This document shows, in pieces, positions 1 to 10,809 of a stretch of 64,000 nt of DNA. Below the pieces are notes generated by a model. The model worked only from the letters and a program-made list of their open reading frames with translations, was not told where the DNA came from and searched no databases. Both the position numbers and the translations under genes were made by a program. Every line of letters begins with the position of its first letter. Within the stretch, counting starts at the first letter, position 1. The stretch covers positions 2,748 to 66,747 of the forward strand of contig CACANC010000003.1 of NCBI GenBank assembly GCA_902533755.1. The letters run 5' to 3'. Source of the stretch: an uncultured PS1 clade bacterium (GTDB taxonomy: Bacteria > Pseudomonadota > Alphaproteobacteria > MED-G09).

Positions 1-409
1 GGGCATGACCTTCCAGATGGTTTATGGATATGAGAGGTAATCCTGTGGAGATCGACAAACCTTTCGCATAGGTCAGACCAACGATTAAGCCTCCCACAAG
101 ACCTGGACCTGTTGTTACGGCAATACCATCAATTTCTGTTAATTTTTTATTAGCATCTAATAGAGCTTCATCAACTAAAGCATCCAAATACTCAATATGG
201 GACCTGGATGCAATTTCAGGAACAACTCCACCAAAAGGAGAATGCTCATCAATTTGGCTAATTATTTTATTAGCAAGAATTTTTCCTTTGCCATTTTCCA
301 AACTCACCATTGAAACTGCTGTCTCATCGCAACTAGTTTCAATTCCTAGAACCGTGATATTTTTTTTATCTAAAATCTTATTTATCCCTTCTAACTCTAT
401 ATTTTCCAC
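1..409 (-). CDS. tsaD: tRNA N6-adenosine threonylcarbamoyltransferase TsaD, N-terminal part (gene runs off the left edge)
   Basis: Not in the ORF track because there is no stop in the window. My minus-strand translation reads [122 protein letters not shown]. This carries the conserved TsaD/Kae1 motifs [13 protein letters not shown] and NHLEGH. The start is unresolved. There is no in-frame ATG; candidates are ATT 376, GTG 409 and TTG 412, all abutting or overlapping the upstream ORF. Confidence 0.85.
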   Translation of the reverse strand, partial: MENIELEGINKILDKKNITVLGIETSCDETAVSMVSLENGKGKILANKIISQIDEHSPFGGVVPEIASRSHIEYLDALVDEALLDANKKLTEIDGIAVTTGPGLVGGLIVGLTYAKGLSISTGLPLISINHLEGHA

Positions 410-902
410 CAATTCCGTCTATTTTAAGTAAAAAGCTACCTAATGATGCTGATGTAATTTCTACTGACCTTCCTTTTAAGTCTTTTGGCCCTCTATATGG
501 TGTAGAGTCTACCTGCTTCCAAACTTGTCCATTTTCAAGCTCAATCTTAATTTTTCCAAAACTTACCCATTCATTTTTCTTTATAGTTGATGAAATAGAG
601 TTTAGACCCTTGTTTTCTTTGCTAGCTATAGGATTAACATTTTGTAAAACACCAAAAGAATCTTCCTTCTTTTCTTTTTCAATTCTCTGAATTTCTATTT
701 TTCTATCTTTTTCACCAAGAGTTGCAATAGGAAAAGCTTTTTCTATTTTGTCTATATTTTTCTCAAAACAATCAAGCTTATCTTTATCACTAATAATATT
801 TTTGCATTCTATAATTTCAGAAATTACACTCGCCTCTTTTTGAGTAATGGCAAAAGCACTGAAAGGAATAAAAAGTAAAAATATATATAAAGTTTTTTTC
901 AT
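378..902 (-). CDS. hypothetical secreted/periplasmic protein (174 aa)
   Basis: N-terminal signal peptide [19 protein letters not shown] charged coiled-coil-like middle region is followed by a C-terminal beta-rich segment ([11 protein letters not shown]...[19 protein letters not shown]). I recognise no family. Confidence 0.55.
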   Translation of the reverse strand: MKKTLYIFLLFIPFSAFAITQKEASVISEIIECKNIISDKDKLDCFEKNIDKIEKAFPIATLGEKDRKIEIQRIEKEKKEDSFGVLQNVNPIASKENKGLNSISSTIKKNEWVSFGKIKIELENGQVWKQVDSTPYRGPKDLKGRSVEITSASLGSFLLKIDGIGGKYRVRRDK

Positions 903-994
903 ATTTTTTTTTGTAACCTTAACATTTTAATCATAGATACTATATAAGAGAAGTAATCAATATTTATAATATATTTTAATTGGTAACTGAGCTT

Positions 995-3034
995 ATGAAT
1001 AAATTGAAGAATGTAATTAAAAAATTCTTTTTATTGTCCCTCCTGCTGTTTTCCGCAGTAGAGCTAATCGGAGAAGATAACTTTGCAAATACTGAAAATG
1101 CGAATATTGATATTATATATTCTGAAGATTTCCTAAAAGAAGGCGATGAACTAATTCTTGGGTTGAGATTTAAATTAACTCCAGGGTGGCATATATATTG
1201 GAAAAATCCAGGCGACTCCGGACTTCCACCTGAATTAGAATGGAATTTACCAGTTGGCATAGAATTTCAAGAAATATTATGGCCCTCTCCAGAGCTTGCG
1301 CCATTGGATCCATTAACTAGTTATGGATATTATGACGAAGTTGTATTGCCAATTAAATTTAAAATAAATTCAAATTATAACTATAGTGAAAAATTCTCTG
1401 CGTTTATAAGCTTCTTAATTTGTGAAGAAATATGTATTCCAGAGGATACAAATATTTCAATTGATTTGACAAAATTTTCGCAGTCACAACTCGAAAATGG
1501 AAAGAATATATTAAATGACTGGATAAATAGATTGCCCTCTCAGTCCTCATTTATTACCGAAGCATTCTTGTCGGATAATACATTTAAAATTTCTTGGAGA
1601 TCAGGGGAAATATATGAAAAGGCATATTTTTATCCTGAACAGAACGGTTTAATAAATTATAGCTCAAATCAAATATTAGGAAAAAATAATGAAAGTGCGT
1701 ATTTAACTATTGATAGACCAGAAAATTTTAGGGAGGAGCTACAATTTGTTTCTGGGGTATTAGAGTTACAAAATGCAGATCAAAAAACATTTTTTCAAAT
1801 TGAAAATAGCATTGAGCGAGTTTCCTTTATAGAAGTCAACAAAACACAAGGATTGAGCTTTTTGCTCGCAATCTTCTTGGCTTTTATTGGAGGAATAATT
1901 TTAAATGCTATGCCTTGTGTATTTCCTGTAATTGCTTTGAAAGTGATGTCTCTTATAAACGAATCCGGAAAAAGTAATAGCTGGAAACATGGTCTTGTTT
2001 TCACATTAGGCATTGAGATATCAATGCTAATTCTTTTGATTGCTACAATGGCAGTAAAAAATCTTGGACAATTTGTTGGTTGGGGATGGCAGCTACAATC
2101 TAGTTTAATGTCTAGCTTACTTGCTCTTTTATTTTTTGCGTTAGGTGTAATTCTTGTATCAAGAGTAGAACTAGGAAGTTTTTTCACAAGGCTTGGTAAT
2201 TTAAATGTAAATAAAACAGGTTATTCTAATTCTTTTTTACTTGGGCTTTTAACAGTTATTGTTGCAACCCCATGCACTGGACCTTATATGGGAGCAGCTA
2301 TTGGCTGGGGCATATCTCAACCAATTTTAATATCATCTATAATTTTTCTATCTCTAGGTTTTGGTATAGCTTTCCCAACATTGATATTATCTATTTTACC
2401 TAAAGGAATAAATATTCTTCCTAAGCCAGGGAATTGGATGGGTATAGTAAGCAGAATTATGGGAATACCAATGTTCTTAACAGCGCTATGGTTAGCTTGG
2501 GTTGTGTTTAGACAATCTGGTTATGAGGGTCTTATAATACTTATCTCTTCACTAATGATATTATTAGTTTCATTTTTAATATTAAGGCTTTCATCAGTTA
2601 TTGCTAAAAGAAGTTCAGTGGCTTTAATATCAGCCAGCATCCTTTTTCTTATGTTTTTCATTCCAGCTGAAAATAAAAATACAAAACCATATATTGATAT
2701 TGGTGAAAAATGGTCAACAGAAAGAGTAAACCAGTTAAGAGATGAAAAGAGAAATATACTATTAAATTTTACAGCAGATTGGTGCTTAACCTGTAAAGTC
2801 AATGAAAGGTTAGTTTTAAATTCAAAAGAGTTTATTTCGTTGATTGAGAGTGATGAAATAGTATATCTGGTCGCAGATTGGACAAAATATGATCCTAAGA
2901 TTACTGAAGAACTTGAAAAATACAAAAGAGCTGGTGTTCCTCTTTATTTATATTGGAGTCAGGGCTCAGATGAAGTAAAAATTCTACCTGCGGTCTTAAC
3001 AAAAAGCATTTTATATGATCATCTTAAATTATAG
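995..3034 (+). CDS. dsbD: DsbD-family thiol:disulfide interchange protein (N-terminal periplasmic domain, CcdA-like membrane core, C-terminal thioredoxin domain)
   Basis: Signal peptide from ATG 995 (MNKLKNVIKKFFLLSLLLFSAV); the track ORF begins at TTG 980. N-domain cysteines ICEEICIPE. Membrane-core cysteines MPCVFPV and TPCTGP. C-terminal CXXC motif ADWCLTCKVNE. Confidence 0.85.
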   Translation: MNKLKNVIKKFFLLSLLLFSAVELIGEDNFANTENANIDIIYSEDFLKEGDELILGLRFKLTPGWHIYWKNPGDSGLPPELEWNLPVGIEFQEILWPSPELAPLDPLTSYGYYDEVVLPIKFKINSNYNYSEKFSAFISFLICEEICIPEDTNISIDLTKFSQSQLENGKNILNDWINRLPSQSSFITEAFLSDNTFKISWRSGEIYEKAYFYPEQNGLINYSSNQILGKNNESAYLTIDRPENFREELQFVSGVLELQNADQKTFFQIENSIERVSFIEVNKTQGLSFLLAIFLAFIGGIILNAMPCVFPVIALKVMSLINESGKSNSWKHGLVFTLGIEISMLILLIATMAVKNLGQFVGWGWQLQSSLMSSLLALLFFALGVILVSRVELGSFFTRLGNLNVNKTGYSNSFLLGLLTVIVATPCTGPYMGAAIGWGISQPILISSIIFLSLGFGIAFPTLILSILPKGINILPKPGNWMGIVSRIMGIPMFLTALWLAWVVFRQSGYEGLIILISSLMILLVSFLILRLSSVIAKRSSVALISASILFLMFFIPAENKNTKPYIDIGEKWSTERVNQLRDEKRNILLNFTADWCLTCKVNERLVLNSKEFISLIESDEIVYLVADWTKYDPKITEELEKYKRAGVPLYLYWSQGSDEVKILPAVLTKSILYDHLKL

Positions 3035-3052
3035 CTTTTTTAAGGAATAGAA

Positions 3053-3847
3053 TTGAAAGACTTTAAACACCTAAAAATTAATAAGGATAACGGAATAGTC
3101 CATGTACTCATGGATAGAGGTGATGGAAGAAATGCATTATCCTATGATCTTATGAAAGAGTTAACTGAATGTGCTAATAAGCTCAAATCTGACATTGATG
3201 TAAATTGCATTATTCTCTCTGGTCAGGGAGATTCCTTTTCAGTGGGCGCTGACCTTAAAGACAAAACATTCCTTAAAGGGGATAAAACAAGCCTTGAAAG
3301 AAGAGAAATACATAAGATTGGTCCAGATATGTGTCAGGCATGGGAATCTTTAGAACAAATCACTATTGCTTCAATAGAGGGTCATTGTATAGGGGGAGCG
3401 ATCGCTTTAGCTGTTTCATGTGATTTCAGAGTAGCATCCTCTTCATCAGTTTTTAGATTGCCCGAAATTCCTCTTGGTATGAATATGAGCTGGCAGGCAA
3501 ATCCAAGAATTAATTCTTTAATTGGACCCGCAAGAACAAAAGAGTTAGTGATACTTGGAGAAGATTTATTAGGTGAAAAAGCTTTTGAGTGGGGTTTGAC
3601 ACAGAGAATTTGTAAAGAAGGAGAAGCGTTAAATTTATCTATGGAACTAGCAGCAAAGATTAATAAACTTCCTCCAATAGCGGTAAGAATGTCAAAAACT
3701 TCAATTAATGCAACTAACAATTCCTTAAATTATAATTCTAGCTATATGGATAGAGATCAATATCTTTTGACTGGTTTCACTGAAGATAGAAAAGAAGCTA
3801 TTAAGGCATTTTTTGAAAAAAGAGATGCAAATTTTAAAGGAAAATAA
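3053..3847 (+). CDS. enoyl-CoA hydratase/isomerase (crotonase) family protein
   Basis: 264 aa with a TTG start. Crotonase pattern: FSVGADLK, IEGHCIGGAIALAVSCDFRVA, and a C-terminal FxEKR-like FFEKRDANF. Confidence 0.85.
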   Translation: MKDFKHLKINKDNGIVHVLMDRGDGRNALSYDLMKELTECANKLKSDIDVNCIILSGQGDSFSVGADLKDKTFLKGDKTSLERREIHKIGPDMCQAWESLEQITIASIEGHCIGGAIALAVSCDFRVASSSSVFRLPEIPLGMNMSWQANPRINSLIGPARTKELVILGEDLLGEKAFEWGLTQRICKEGEALNLSMELAAKINKLPPIAVRMSKTSINATNNSLNYNSSYMDRDQYLLTGFTEDRKEAIKAFFEKRDANFKGK

Positions 3848-3864
3848 ATAACTGGGAGATTATA

Positions 3865-4644
3865 ATGACTGGAAGAGTAGATGGAAAAATGTCTTTTGTT
3901 ACAGGAGCGGCTCAAGGGCTTGGGGAAGCGATAGCATATATGCTAGCAAAAGAAGGTTCAAAAGTTGTACTAGCTGATATTAATGAAGAAAAATTAACTG
4001 GTGTTGAAGATAGAATAAATTCTGATTTTCCAGGAAAAGCTCATTCAGTAAAACTTGATGTCACATCTGAAGATCAATGGAAGGATACACTTAATGAAGC
4101 AGAAAAATTAATGGGAGGAATAAATATTCTTGTTAATAATGCAGGCATAGGTGGTGGTTCTACAGTAGAAGAAACAGATTATGAGATATTCAAACAGGTT
4201 ATGGCTGTTGATACTGACTCAGTATTTTTAGGTTGTAAATATGCTATACCTATTATGAAGAATTATTCTCCTGGCTCAATAATTAATACTTCTTCGATAT
4301 CCGGTTTAATTGCTGGCCATAATATGGCTGCATATAATACAGCGAAAGCAGGCGTATGGATGCTGACAAAATCAGTAGCTTTGCATTGTGCAAGATCTGC
4401 GTATAATATTCGATGTAACTCAATTCACCCAACTTTTATTGATACACCTATCTTAGATGCGATGGTAGAAAGATCTAATTCAGAAAAAGAACAGGTTATG
4501 ATGAAGTTGGCCCGACAGGTTCCTCTCGGAAAAGTGGGTGAGCCTGATGATGTTGCTTATACTGTTTTATTCTTAGCTAGCGATGAATCAAAGTTTATAA
4601 CTGGTGCAGAAATTAAAATAGATGGTGGCATTAGTGCAATGTAA
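3865..4644 (+). CDS. SDR-family oxidoreductase (3alpha/20beta-hydroxysteroid dehydrogenase-like subfamily)
   Basis: TGAAQGLG Rossmann motif, NNAG, catalytic YNTAK, and ends GGISAM. It is a clear paralog of the SDR at 60778-61548. Confidence 0.85.
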   Translation: MTGRVDGKMSFVTGAAQGLGEAIAYMLAKEGSKVVLADINEEKLTGVEDRINSDFPGKAHSVKLDVTSEDQWKDTLNEAEKLMGGINILVNNAGIGGGSTVEETDYEIFKQVMAVDTDSVFLGCKYAIPIMKNYSPGSIINTSSISGLIAGHNMAAYNTAKAGVWMLTKSVALHCARSAYNIRCNSIHPTFIDTPILDAMVERSNSEKEQVMMKLARQVPLGKVGEPDDVAYTVLFLASDESKFITGAEIKIDGGISAM

Positions 4645-4661
4645 CTACTAAGGTTAAGATT

Positions 4662-6674
4662 ATGAAAATTTTTATTATTATTTTTATTAGTTTATTTATT
4701 ACAAAAGGGTACGCAAACAATATGGAAATTTCAGGAATAGATATAAGTCAATTTAATGAGGGGTTTAAACCCCAAGATAGCTTTTATGATTATGTAAATC
4801 ATAATTGGTTATCAGAAACAGAAATACCAGATGATCAGATAGGTTGGGGCTCATATATGACTCTAAGAGAAGAGTCTCTGCAAAATCAAAATACTTTGAT
4901 AAATGCTCTTATTAGAAATAAAGACAATTTAGTAAAATCATCTGAGGAAGAAAAAATAGCTAATCTATATTTAAGTTATACAAACAGAAATTTAGTTAAT
5001 AAACTTGGCTCAGCGCCACTTAAAGATGACATAAAAAGAATTAATAATATTTCGACCACGGAAGATCTTTGGAAATACTTTTCTGAGTCTGTAAAAAAAG
5101 GGATATCGTCTCCTATTTATTTTGCTGTTTATGACGATCTCAAGGATCCTTTAAATTATACTATCTATTTTGGTCAATCTGGCCTCGGTCTTCCTGATAG
5201 AGACTATTATCTATTAGATCAGCCACATTATATTAAAGGGCGTGAAGAGTATCCTAAACATCTTTCAAATCTTTTTGATCTATCTGGTTTGGATAATGCG
5301 AACAAAAGAGCATCAAATGCTTTCGATGTAGAAAAGGAACTAGCTAAAATTCAAATTAGTCGTACAGAAAGAAGGGATCCTGAAAAAACCTATAACCCAA
5401 TGAATGGTGTTGATTTAGATGAGATCAGTGATGCCAAATTTAATATATGGCTTAAGAACCTTGCGGTAGAATATTTTGATAGATATATCATAGAGTCGCC
5501 TGATTATTTAGCTGATCTTTCTAATTTAATTGATGAATATCCTTTAGATAAATGGAAAGATTACCTCTTAGCTAGATTAGTTAAAAGCGCATCAGGGTCT
5601 TTATCTGACGACTTTGTAGATGAATCTTATCGATTTTCTAGCATACTAACAGGAAGAGAAGAAATGCCTGCATTATGGAAAAGAAGTGTTGGCTTTGTTA
5701 ATGGATTATTGGGTGATGCGTTAGGTAAAATTTATGTGAAGCATCACTTCCCCCCTGAATATAAACAGAGGATGGTTGAACTTATTGATAATCTTTTAGA
5801 GTCATTCAGAATAGGCATTGAAGATTTAGAATGGATGAGTAAAGAAACTAAAGAAAAAGCTCTCATAAAGTTAGAAAAATTGAATGTTAAGATTGGATAT
5901 CCGGAAGTTTGGAAAGATTATACTGGTCTGAATTTTTCTGATGATGATTTGTATGGAAATATTAAGGCTGCATCTGAATTTGGTTACAAAGAAGCCTTGA
6001 AGAAACTTTCAGAAAAAGTTGATAGAAAGAGGTGGGCTATGTCACCTCAAACTGTGAATGCTTATTTCAGCCCAACAAAAAATGAAATAGTTTTTCCCGC
6101 AGCATATCTTCAACCACCAAACTTTTTTCCTGATGCCGATGATGCCGTAAATTATGGGGCAATAGGTATAACGATTGGACATGAAATCAGTCATGCGTTT
6201 GATGACAAAGGCTCACAATTTGATGGAGATGGCAATCTTAATAATTGGTGGACTGAAGAAGATAGAGAAATATTTGAGAAAAAGACGAAACGTCTTGTTG
6301 ATCAATACTCATCATATGAGATTACCCCAGGTAACTTTCTTAATGGAGATTTTACATTAGGTGAAAATATTGCTGATTTAGCAGGAGCGATAGCTTCATT
6401 TAGAGCATATAAAATTTCTTTAAATGGTAAATCATCTCCAGTTATTGATGGGCTAACAGGCGAAAAAAGATTCTTTTTTGGTTCTGCTCAAGCAGATAGA
6501 GTAAAATTTAGAAAAGAAATAGACGCAATGCGAGTTGCCACTGATCCTCATTCGCCCTCAAGATATAGAATTGATGGTGTATTTGTAAACATGCCAAGTT
6601 TTCATGAAGCTTTTGAAACTCAAGAAGGCGATAAAATGTTTAGAAATAAAGATGAAATTATCAAAATTTGGTAG
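4662..6674 (+). CDS. M13-family zinc metallopeptidase (PepO / endothelin-converting-enzyme-like), secreted
   Basis: Signal peptide MKIFIIIFISLFITKGYA. Motifs NAYFSP, HEISHAFD (HExxH) and GENIADLAG. Ends in W, as M13 peptidases do. Confidence 0.9.
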   Translation: MKIFIIIFISLFITKGYANNMEISGIDISQFNEGFKPQDSFYDYVNHNWLSETEIPDDQIGWGSYMTLREESLQNQNTLINALIRNKDNLVKSSEEEKIANLYLSYTNRNLVNKLGSAPLKDDIKRINNISTTEDLWKYFSESVKKGISSPIYFAVYDDLKDPLNYTIYFGQSGLGLPDRDYYLLDQPHYIKGREEYPKHLSNLFDLSGLDNANKRASNAFDVEKELAKIQISRTERRDPEKTYNPMNGVDLDEISDAKFNIWLKNLAVEYFDRYIIESPDYLADLSNLIDEYPLDKWKDYLLARLVKSASGSLSDDFVDESYRFSSILTGREEMPALWKRSVGFVNGLLGDALGKIYVKHHFPPEYKQRMVELIDNLLESFRIGIEDLEWMSKETKEKALIKLEKLNVKIGYPEVWKDYTGLNFSDDDLYGNIKAASEFGYKEALKKLSEKVDRKRWAMSPQTVNAYFSPTKNEIVFPAAYLQPPNFFPDADDAVNYGAIGITIGHEISHAFDDKGSQFDGDGNLNNWWTEEDREIFEKKTKRLVDQYSSYEITPGNFLNGDFTLGENIADLAGAIASFRAYKISLNGKSSPVIDGLTGEKRFFFGSAQADRVKFRKEIDAMRVATDPHSPSRYRIDGVFVNMPSFHEAFETQEGDKMFRNKDEIIKIW

Positions 6675-6686
6675 TAAAACGAACTT

Positions 6687-6974
6687 ATGAATTCTTTATA
6701 TTTTTTATTAGATGCAATTTTAAGATTGTACTTTTGGGTAGTCATTCTAGCTGCAATATTTAGTTGGTTAGTTGGTTTAGGAATTGTTAATCGATCAAAT
6801 CAGATTGTAGCAATGTTTTATGAAGCGGTATGGAATTTAACTAACCCTGTCTTTAGTTATATAAGAAGATATCTTCCTAATTTAGGCGGTATTGATATTT
6901 CCCCAATTATAGTTCTCTTAGCAATCCAATTTTTACGTTCTCTTTTGGCTGAATATTGGCCCTTAAATTTTTAG
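6687..6974 (+). CDS. YggT-family membrane protein
   Basis: 95 aa with two hydrophobic helices and the YggT-like signature IRRYLPNLGGIDISPIIVLL. Confidence 0.75.
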   Translation: MNSLYFLLDAILRLYFWVVILAAIFSWLVGLGIVNRSNQIVAMFYEAVWNLTNPVFSYIRRYLPNLGGIDISPIIVLLAIQFLRSLLAEYWPLNF

Positions 6975-6983
6975 GAAATCTAA

Positions 6984-7877
6984 ATGTCCGCAAATATTAT
7001 TGATGGAAAACAGGTTGCAGAAAAGTTAAGAGAAAGAATTTCAAATGCAGTAAAAAAAATTGAACAAGAACATAAAAAAATACCTGGATTAGCTGTTGTT
7101 TTGGTTGGAAACGATCCCGCAAGTGAAGTTTATGTAAGAAATAAAGGGATTCAGACTAAAGAAGTGGGTATGACTTCTTATGAATATAAGTTACCCGAGG
7201 ATACTACTGAGAATGAATTATTAAAAAAAGTAGATGAACTAAATAATGATCCAAATGTTAATGGTATATTGGTACAATTTCCTGTTCCTCAACAAATTAG
7301 TCAGCAAAAAGTGATAGAAACAATTCTTCCTGCTAAAGATGTTGATGGACTACATCCAATTAATTCTGGATATCTTAGTAGCGGATTAGAAGGTTTAGTT
7401 CCTTGTACACCTCAGGGCGCAGCAATTCTGATTAAAGAAGCTTGTAAAGATTTGTCCGGTAAAAAAGCTGTTATTATTGGTCGTTCAAATTTAGTAGGTA
7501 AACCTGTATCTCAATTACTTTTAAAAGAACATTGTACTGTAACTATTTGTCACTCAAGGTCACAAAATCTTGAATTGATATCTTCTGAAGCCGACATTTT
7601 AGTTGCTGCAGTTGGCATTCCCAATTTAGTCAAAAAAGATTGGGTTAAGCCCGGAGCCGTGGTTATTGATGTGGGTATAAATAGGATTGATGTAGAAGAA
7701 AATGGCGAAAGTAAAACTCGTTTAGTTGGTGATGTTGATTTTGACGATGTAAAAGGAATTGCTGGCTCTATTACCCCAGTACCTGGAGGGGTTGGCCCCA
7801 TGACAATTGCATGTTTATTATTGAACACACTTAATGCTTTTTGTGATCAAAATAATTTTGATAGACCCAGTTTGTAA
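6984..7877 (+). CDS. folD: bifunctional methylenetetrahydrofolate dehydrogenase/cyclohydrolase
   Basis: IIDGK start. Motifs LAVVLVGNDPASEVYVRNK, GILVQFPVP, GRSNLVGKPV and PGGVGPMT. Confidence 0.95.
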   Translation: MSANIIDGKQVAEKLRERISNAVKKIEQEHKKIPGLAVVLVGNDPASEVYVRNKGIQTKEVGMTSYEYKLPEDTTENELLKKVDELNNDPNVNGILVQFPVPQQISQQKVIETILPAKDVDGLHPINSGYLSSGLEGLVPCTPQGAAILIKEACKDLSGKKAVIIGRSNLVGKPVSQLLLKEHCTVTICHSRSQNLELISSEADILVAAVGIPNLVKKDWVKPGAVVIDVGINRIDVEENGESKTRLVGDVDFDDVKGIAGSITPVPGGVGPMTIACLLLNTLNAFCDQNNFDRPSL

Positions 7878-7878
7878 T

Positions 7879-9087
7879 TTAATCTTTTTTTAATAGCTTT
7901 AATCTTAATGCGTTGAGTTTGATAAATCCTTCAGCATCATATTGATCGTATACATCATCTTCTTCAAATGTAACATGTTCTTCTGAGTAAAGTGATAAAT
8001 CAGATGATCTCCCAACAACAGTAGCATTACCTTTATAAAGTTTTAATCTTACCATTCCTGTTACATTTTTCTGACTTTCATCGATTAAGGCTTGTAACAT
8101 TTTTCTTTCTGGAGAAAACCAGAAGCCATTATAAATTAATTTTGCATATCTAGGCATTATTTCATCCTTAAGATGACAAGCCTCTCTGTCTAATGTAATT
8201 TGTTCAATTCCTCTATGAGCCGATAAAAGTATCGTGCCACCTGGAGTCTCATAAATTCCTCTTGATTTCATTCCAATGCTTCTGTTTTCGACCATGTCTA
8301 GTCTTCCTATACCGTTTTTGCCACCTAAATCATTGAGTTCAGTTAGTAGTTTTTCTGGCGATAATCTTTTGCCATTAATTGAGACAGGATCTCCTTGTTC
8401 AAACTCAACTTCTATATAAGTTGCTTTATCTGGAGCATTTTCTGGTGAAACAGTTCTTTGGTAAACATCTTCCGGACACTCTTTTGAAGGATCTTCAAGT
8501 AATTTTCCTTCTGAAGAGGTGTGAAGTAAATTTGCATCCACTGAATATGGGTCTTCACCAAGATTATCTTTTGTAATAACAATCTGATTCTTTTCGGCAA
8601 ATTCAATTAATTTTTTTCTTGAATTAAGATCCCACTCTCTCCAAGGGGCAATTACCTTTATATCTGGATTAAGACCATAATAAGCTAGCTCAAATCTTAT
8701 TTGATCGTTTCCCTTACCAGTTGCTCCATGACAAACAGCATCTGCACCAACCTCTTTAGCAATCTCTATTTGCTTCTTGGCAATTAAAGGTCTTGCTATA
8801 GCGGTTCCTAATAAATACGAGCCTTCATAAAGTGTATTAGCCCTAAACATTGGAAATACATAATCCTTAACAAATTCATTTTTAAGATCTTCTACAAAGA
8901 TTTCTTTAACGCCTAAATCTTCAGCTTTTTTCTTAGCTTCATCAAGTTCCGCGCCCTGACCAAGATCAGCACTAAATGTAACAACTTCACAATCGTAAGC
9001 TTCTTCAAGCCATTTCAATATTACGGATGTATCAAGTCCACCAGAGTAGGCTAAAACCACTTTATTTATGTTTTCTTTCTTTCCCAT
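7879..9087 (-). CDS. argG: argininosuccinate synthase
   Basis: Motifs [25 protein letters not shown] and [18 protein letters not shown]. Confidence 0.95.
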   Translation of the reverse strand: MGKKENINKVVLAYSGGLDTSVILKWLEEAYDCEVVTFSADLGQGAELDEAKKKAEDLGVKEIFVEDLKNEFVKDYVFPMFRANTLYEGSYLLGTAIARPLIAKKQIEIAKEVGADAVCHGATGKGNDQIRFELAYYGLNPDIKVIAPWREWDLNSRKKLIEFAEKNQIVITKDNLGEDPYSVDANLLHTSSEGKLLEDPSKECPEDVYQRTVSPENAPDKATYIEVEFEQGDPVSINGKRLSPEKLLTELNDLGGKNGIGRLDMVENRSIGMKSRGIYETPGGTILLSAHRGIEQITLDREACHLKDEIMPRYAKLIYNGFWFSPERKMLQALIDESQKNVTGMVRLKLYKGNATVVGRSSDLSLYSEEHVTFEEDDVYDQYDAEGFIKLNALRLKLLKKD

Positions 9088-9105
9088 TACTTCCCTTAGA
9101 AAAAT

Positions 9106-10227
9106 CTATAGCCGTCCTATACGCTCACTTTCAAGTTTTGCAAGCTCTTTTTTATATTTTATAGATGCTTTTTCCTTCTTTGTATCACTTTTTAATTGTC
9201 CGCAAGCTGCAGAAATATCTCTTCCTCTTGGCATCCTTATGGGGCTAGCATAGCCTCCTCTGTTAATAATATCAGAAAATTTTTCAATTTGATCCCAATC
9301 TGAACATTCATAAATTGTTCCTGGCCAAGGATTAAAAGGTATAAGATTTATTTTGGATGGTATTCCTGAAATTAACTTTATAAGATCACGAGCTTGCGCT
9401 TCACTATCATTAACATCTTTTAGCATTACATATTCAAATGTAATTCTTTTTGAGTTTTTGACTCTTGGATAATTTTTGCATGCATCAAGAAGCTCTTCTA
9501 TCGGATATTTTTTATTAATTGGAACTAGCTCATTTCTTAAATCATTATTTGTAGCATGTAGAGAGATAGCAAGCATTGAACCAATTTCATTACCAGCATC
9601 TTCAATCTTAGGAACAATTCCAGATGTTGACAAAGTTATTCTTCTTTTTGAAACTGATAGTCCGGCATCATCTGCAAAAACATTAATACCATCCCTTACA
9701 TTTTCAAAATTATAAAGAGGTTCGCCCATACCCATCATTACTATATTAGTTATATCCCTTTTTGTTTTATTCCATTCAGATAATGAGTCTTTAGCAATAA
9801 CCATTTGGCTTACTATTTCTTGCGATGAAAGATTTCTGACTAATTTTTGAGTACCTGTATGGCAGAATGTACAATTCAGTGTACAGCCAACCTGACTTGA
9901 TACACAGAGAGTTCCCCTATCTCCATCTGGAATAAACACAGTCTCTATTTCTGATCCATCAGGAAATTTTATAAGCCATTTTTGTGTTCCATCAGATGAT
10001 ATTTCATTTTTACTTACTTCTGGTCTTGTTAAATTAAATTGTTCATTTAATTCTTTTCTAAATTCCTTTGATAAATTTGTCATTTCAGATATGGATTTAG
10101 CTCCTCTGACATAAATCCAATTCCACAATTGGTTAGTTCTCATATTTAATTGTTTTTCTGAAACACCCATTGAAGTTAACATTGAATTAAGTTCTTTCTT
10201 ATTAAGCCCGACTAAACTTTTATTCAT
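9106..10227 (-). CDS. rlmN: 23S rRNA/tRNA adenine-C2 methyltransferase RlmN (radical SAM)
   Basis: Radical-SAM motif [18 protein letters not shown], and C-terminal ISAACGQL. The likely start is MNKSLVGL at 10227. The track ORF extends to 10290 only because of upstream read-through. The start overlaps the stop of the upstream methyltransferase gene by 8 nt. Confidence 0.9.
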   Translation of the reverse strand: MNKSLVGLNKKELNSMLTSMGVSEKQLNMRTNQLWNWIYVRGAKSISEMTNLSKEFRKELNEQFNLTRPEVSKNEISSDGTQKWLIKFPDGSEIETVFIPDGDRGTLCVSSQVGCTLNCTFCHTGTQKLVRNLSSQEIVSQMVIAKDSLSEWNKTKRDITNIVMMGMGEPLYNFENVRDGINVFADDAGLSVSKRRITLSTSGIVPKIEDAGNEIGSMLAISLHATNNDLRNELVPINKKYPIEELLDACKNYPRVKNSKRITFEYVMLKDVNDSEAQARDLIKLISGIPSKINLIPFNPWPGTIYECSDWDQIEKFSDIINRGGYASPIRMPRGRDISAACGQLKSDTKKEKASIKYKKELAKLESERIGRL

Positions 10228-10702
10228 GATCAGCACCTCCAGGAAGATCTGGTTTTTTTGTGAAAGTCCCAAATGATTTAATACGATCATACATAACTAT
10301 TGCTCCCGCAATTTGAACATTTAAACAAAATTTTGTTGGAATCTTTATAACATGTTTGCATTTTTCAATTATTTCTGGAGAGAGTGAACCCTTTTCTGGA
10401 CCCAGTATATATGCTGCTTGTCTTGGGTGGTTAAAGCTAGGGAGATCAATAGCTTCATCGGTTAATTCAACTCCCACTAAATTACATTTATCAGGTAATT
10501 TCATTTCTTTGGGGCTATCCCAATCATACCAAGGTAGATGATTTGGCGCTTTTGAAGTATCGGATTTCCCTTCACGAACAGAGTAATGGGCTGATATAGT
10601 AAAAATAAATTTCGCACCAAAAGCATGGGCTGATCTTACAAGATTACCCATATTCATCGGTTTAGATATACCTTCAGCTCCAAATCCAAAATATCCACGC
10701 AT
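10220..10702 (-). CDS. SpoU/TrmH-family RNA 2'-O-methyltransferase
   Basis: [44 protein letters not shown] and [20 protein letters not shown] are SPOUT-knot motifs. I place the start at M51 of the track ORF (10702), which leaves a 107-nt divergent promoter region. Confidence 0.75.
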   Translation of the reverse strand: MRGYFGFGAEGISKPMNMGNLVRSAHAFGAKFIFTISAHYSVREGKSDTSKAPNHLPWYDWDSPKEMKLPDKCNLVGVELTDEAIDLPSFNHPRQAAYILGPEKGSLSPEIIEKCKHVIKIPTKFCLNVQIAGAIVMYDRIKSFGTFTKKPDLPGGADHE

Positions 10703-10809
10703 AAATATAGCCTTAATCGAGTAAATTAAGTTGGGCAAGTACCTTTTTATATTCTTGGCGTTATCTTTTTTTAGGTTTATGAATAAATATTGAATTTTTG
10801 GAGGAATAA

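Noticed and set aside
1795-2925. 130-aa and 134-aa minus-strand ORFs inside dsbD. Similar antisense ORFs occur inside other genes: 3382-3720, 7550-7828, 38935-39297, 40478-40825, 50684-50998, 51692-52050 and 55108-55791.
   Set aside because: All are nested antisense in genes with strong family signatures. None has start or RBS support or any recognisable domain.
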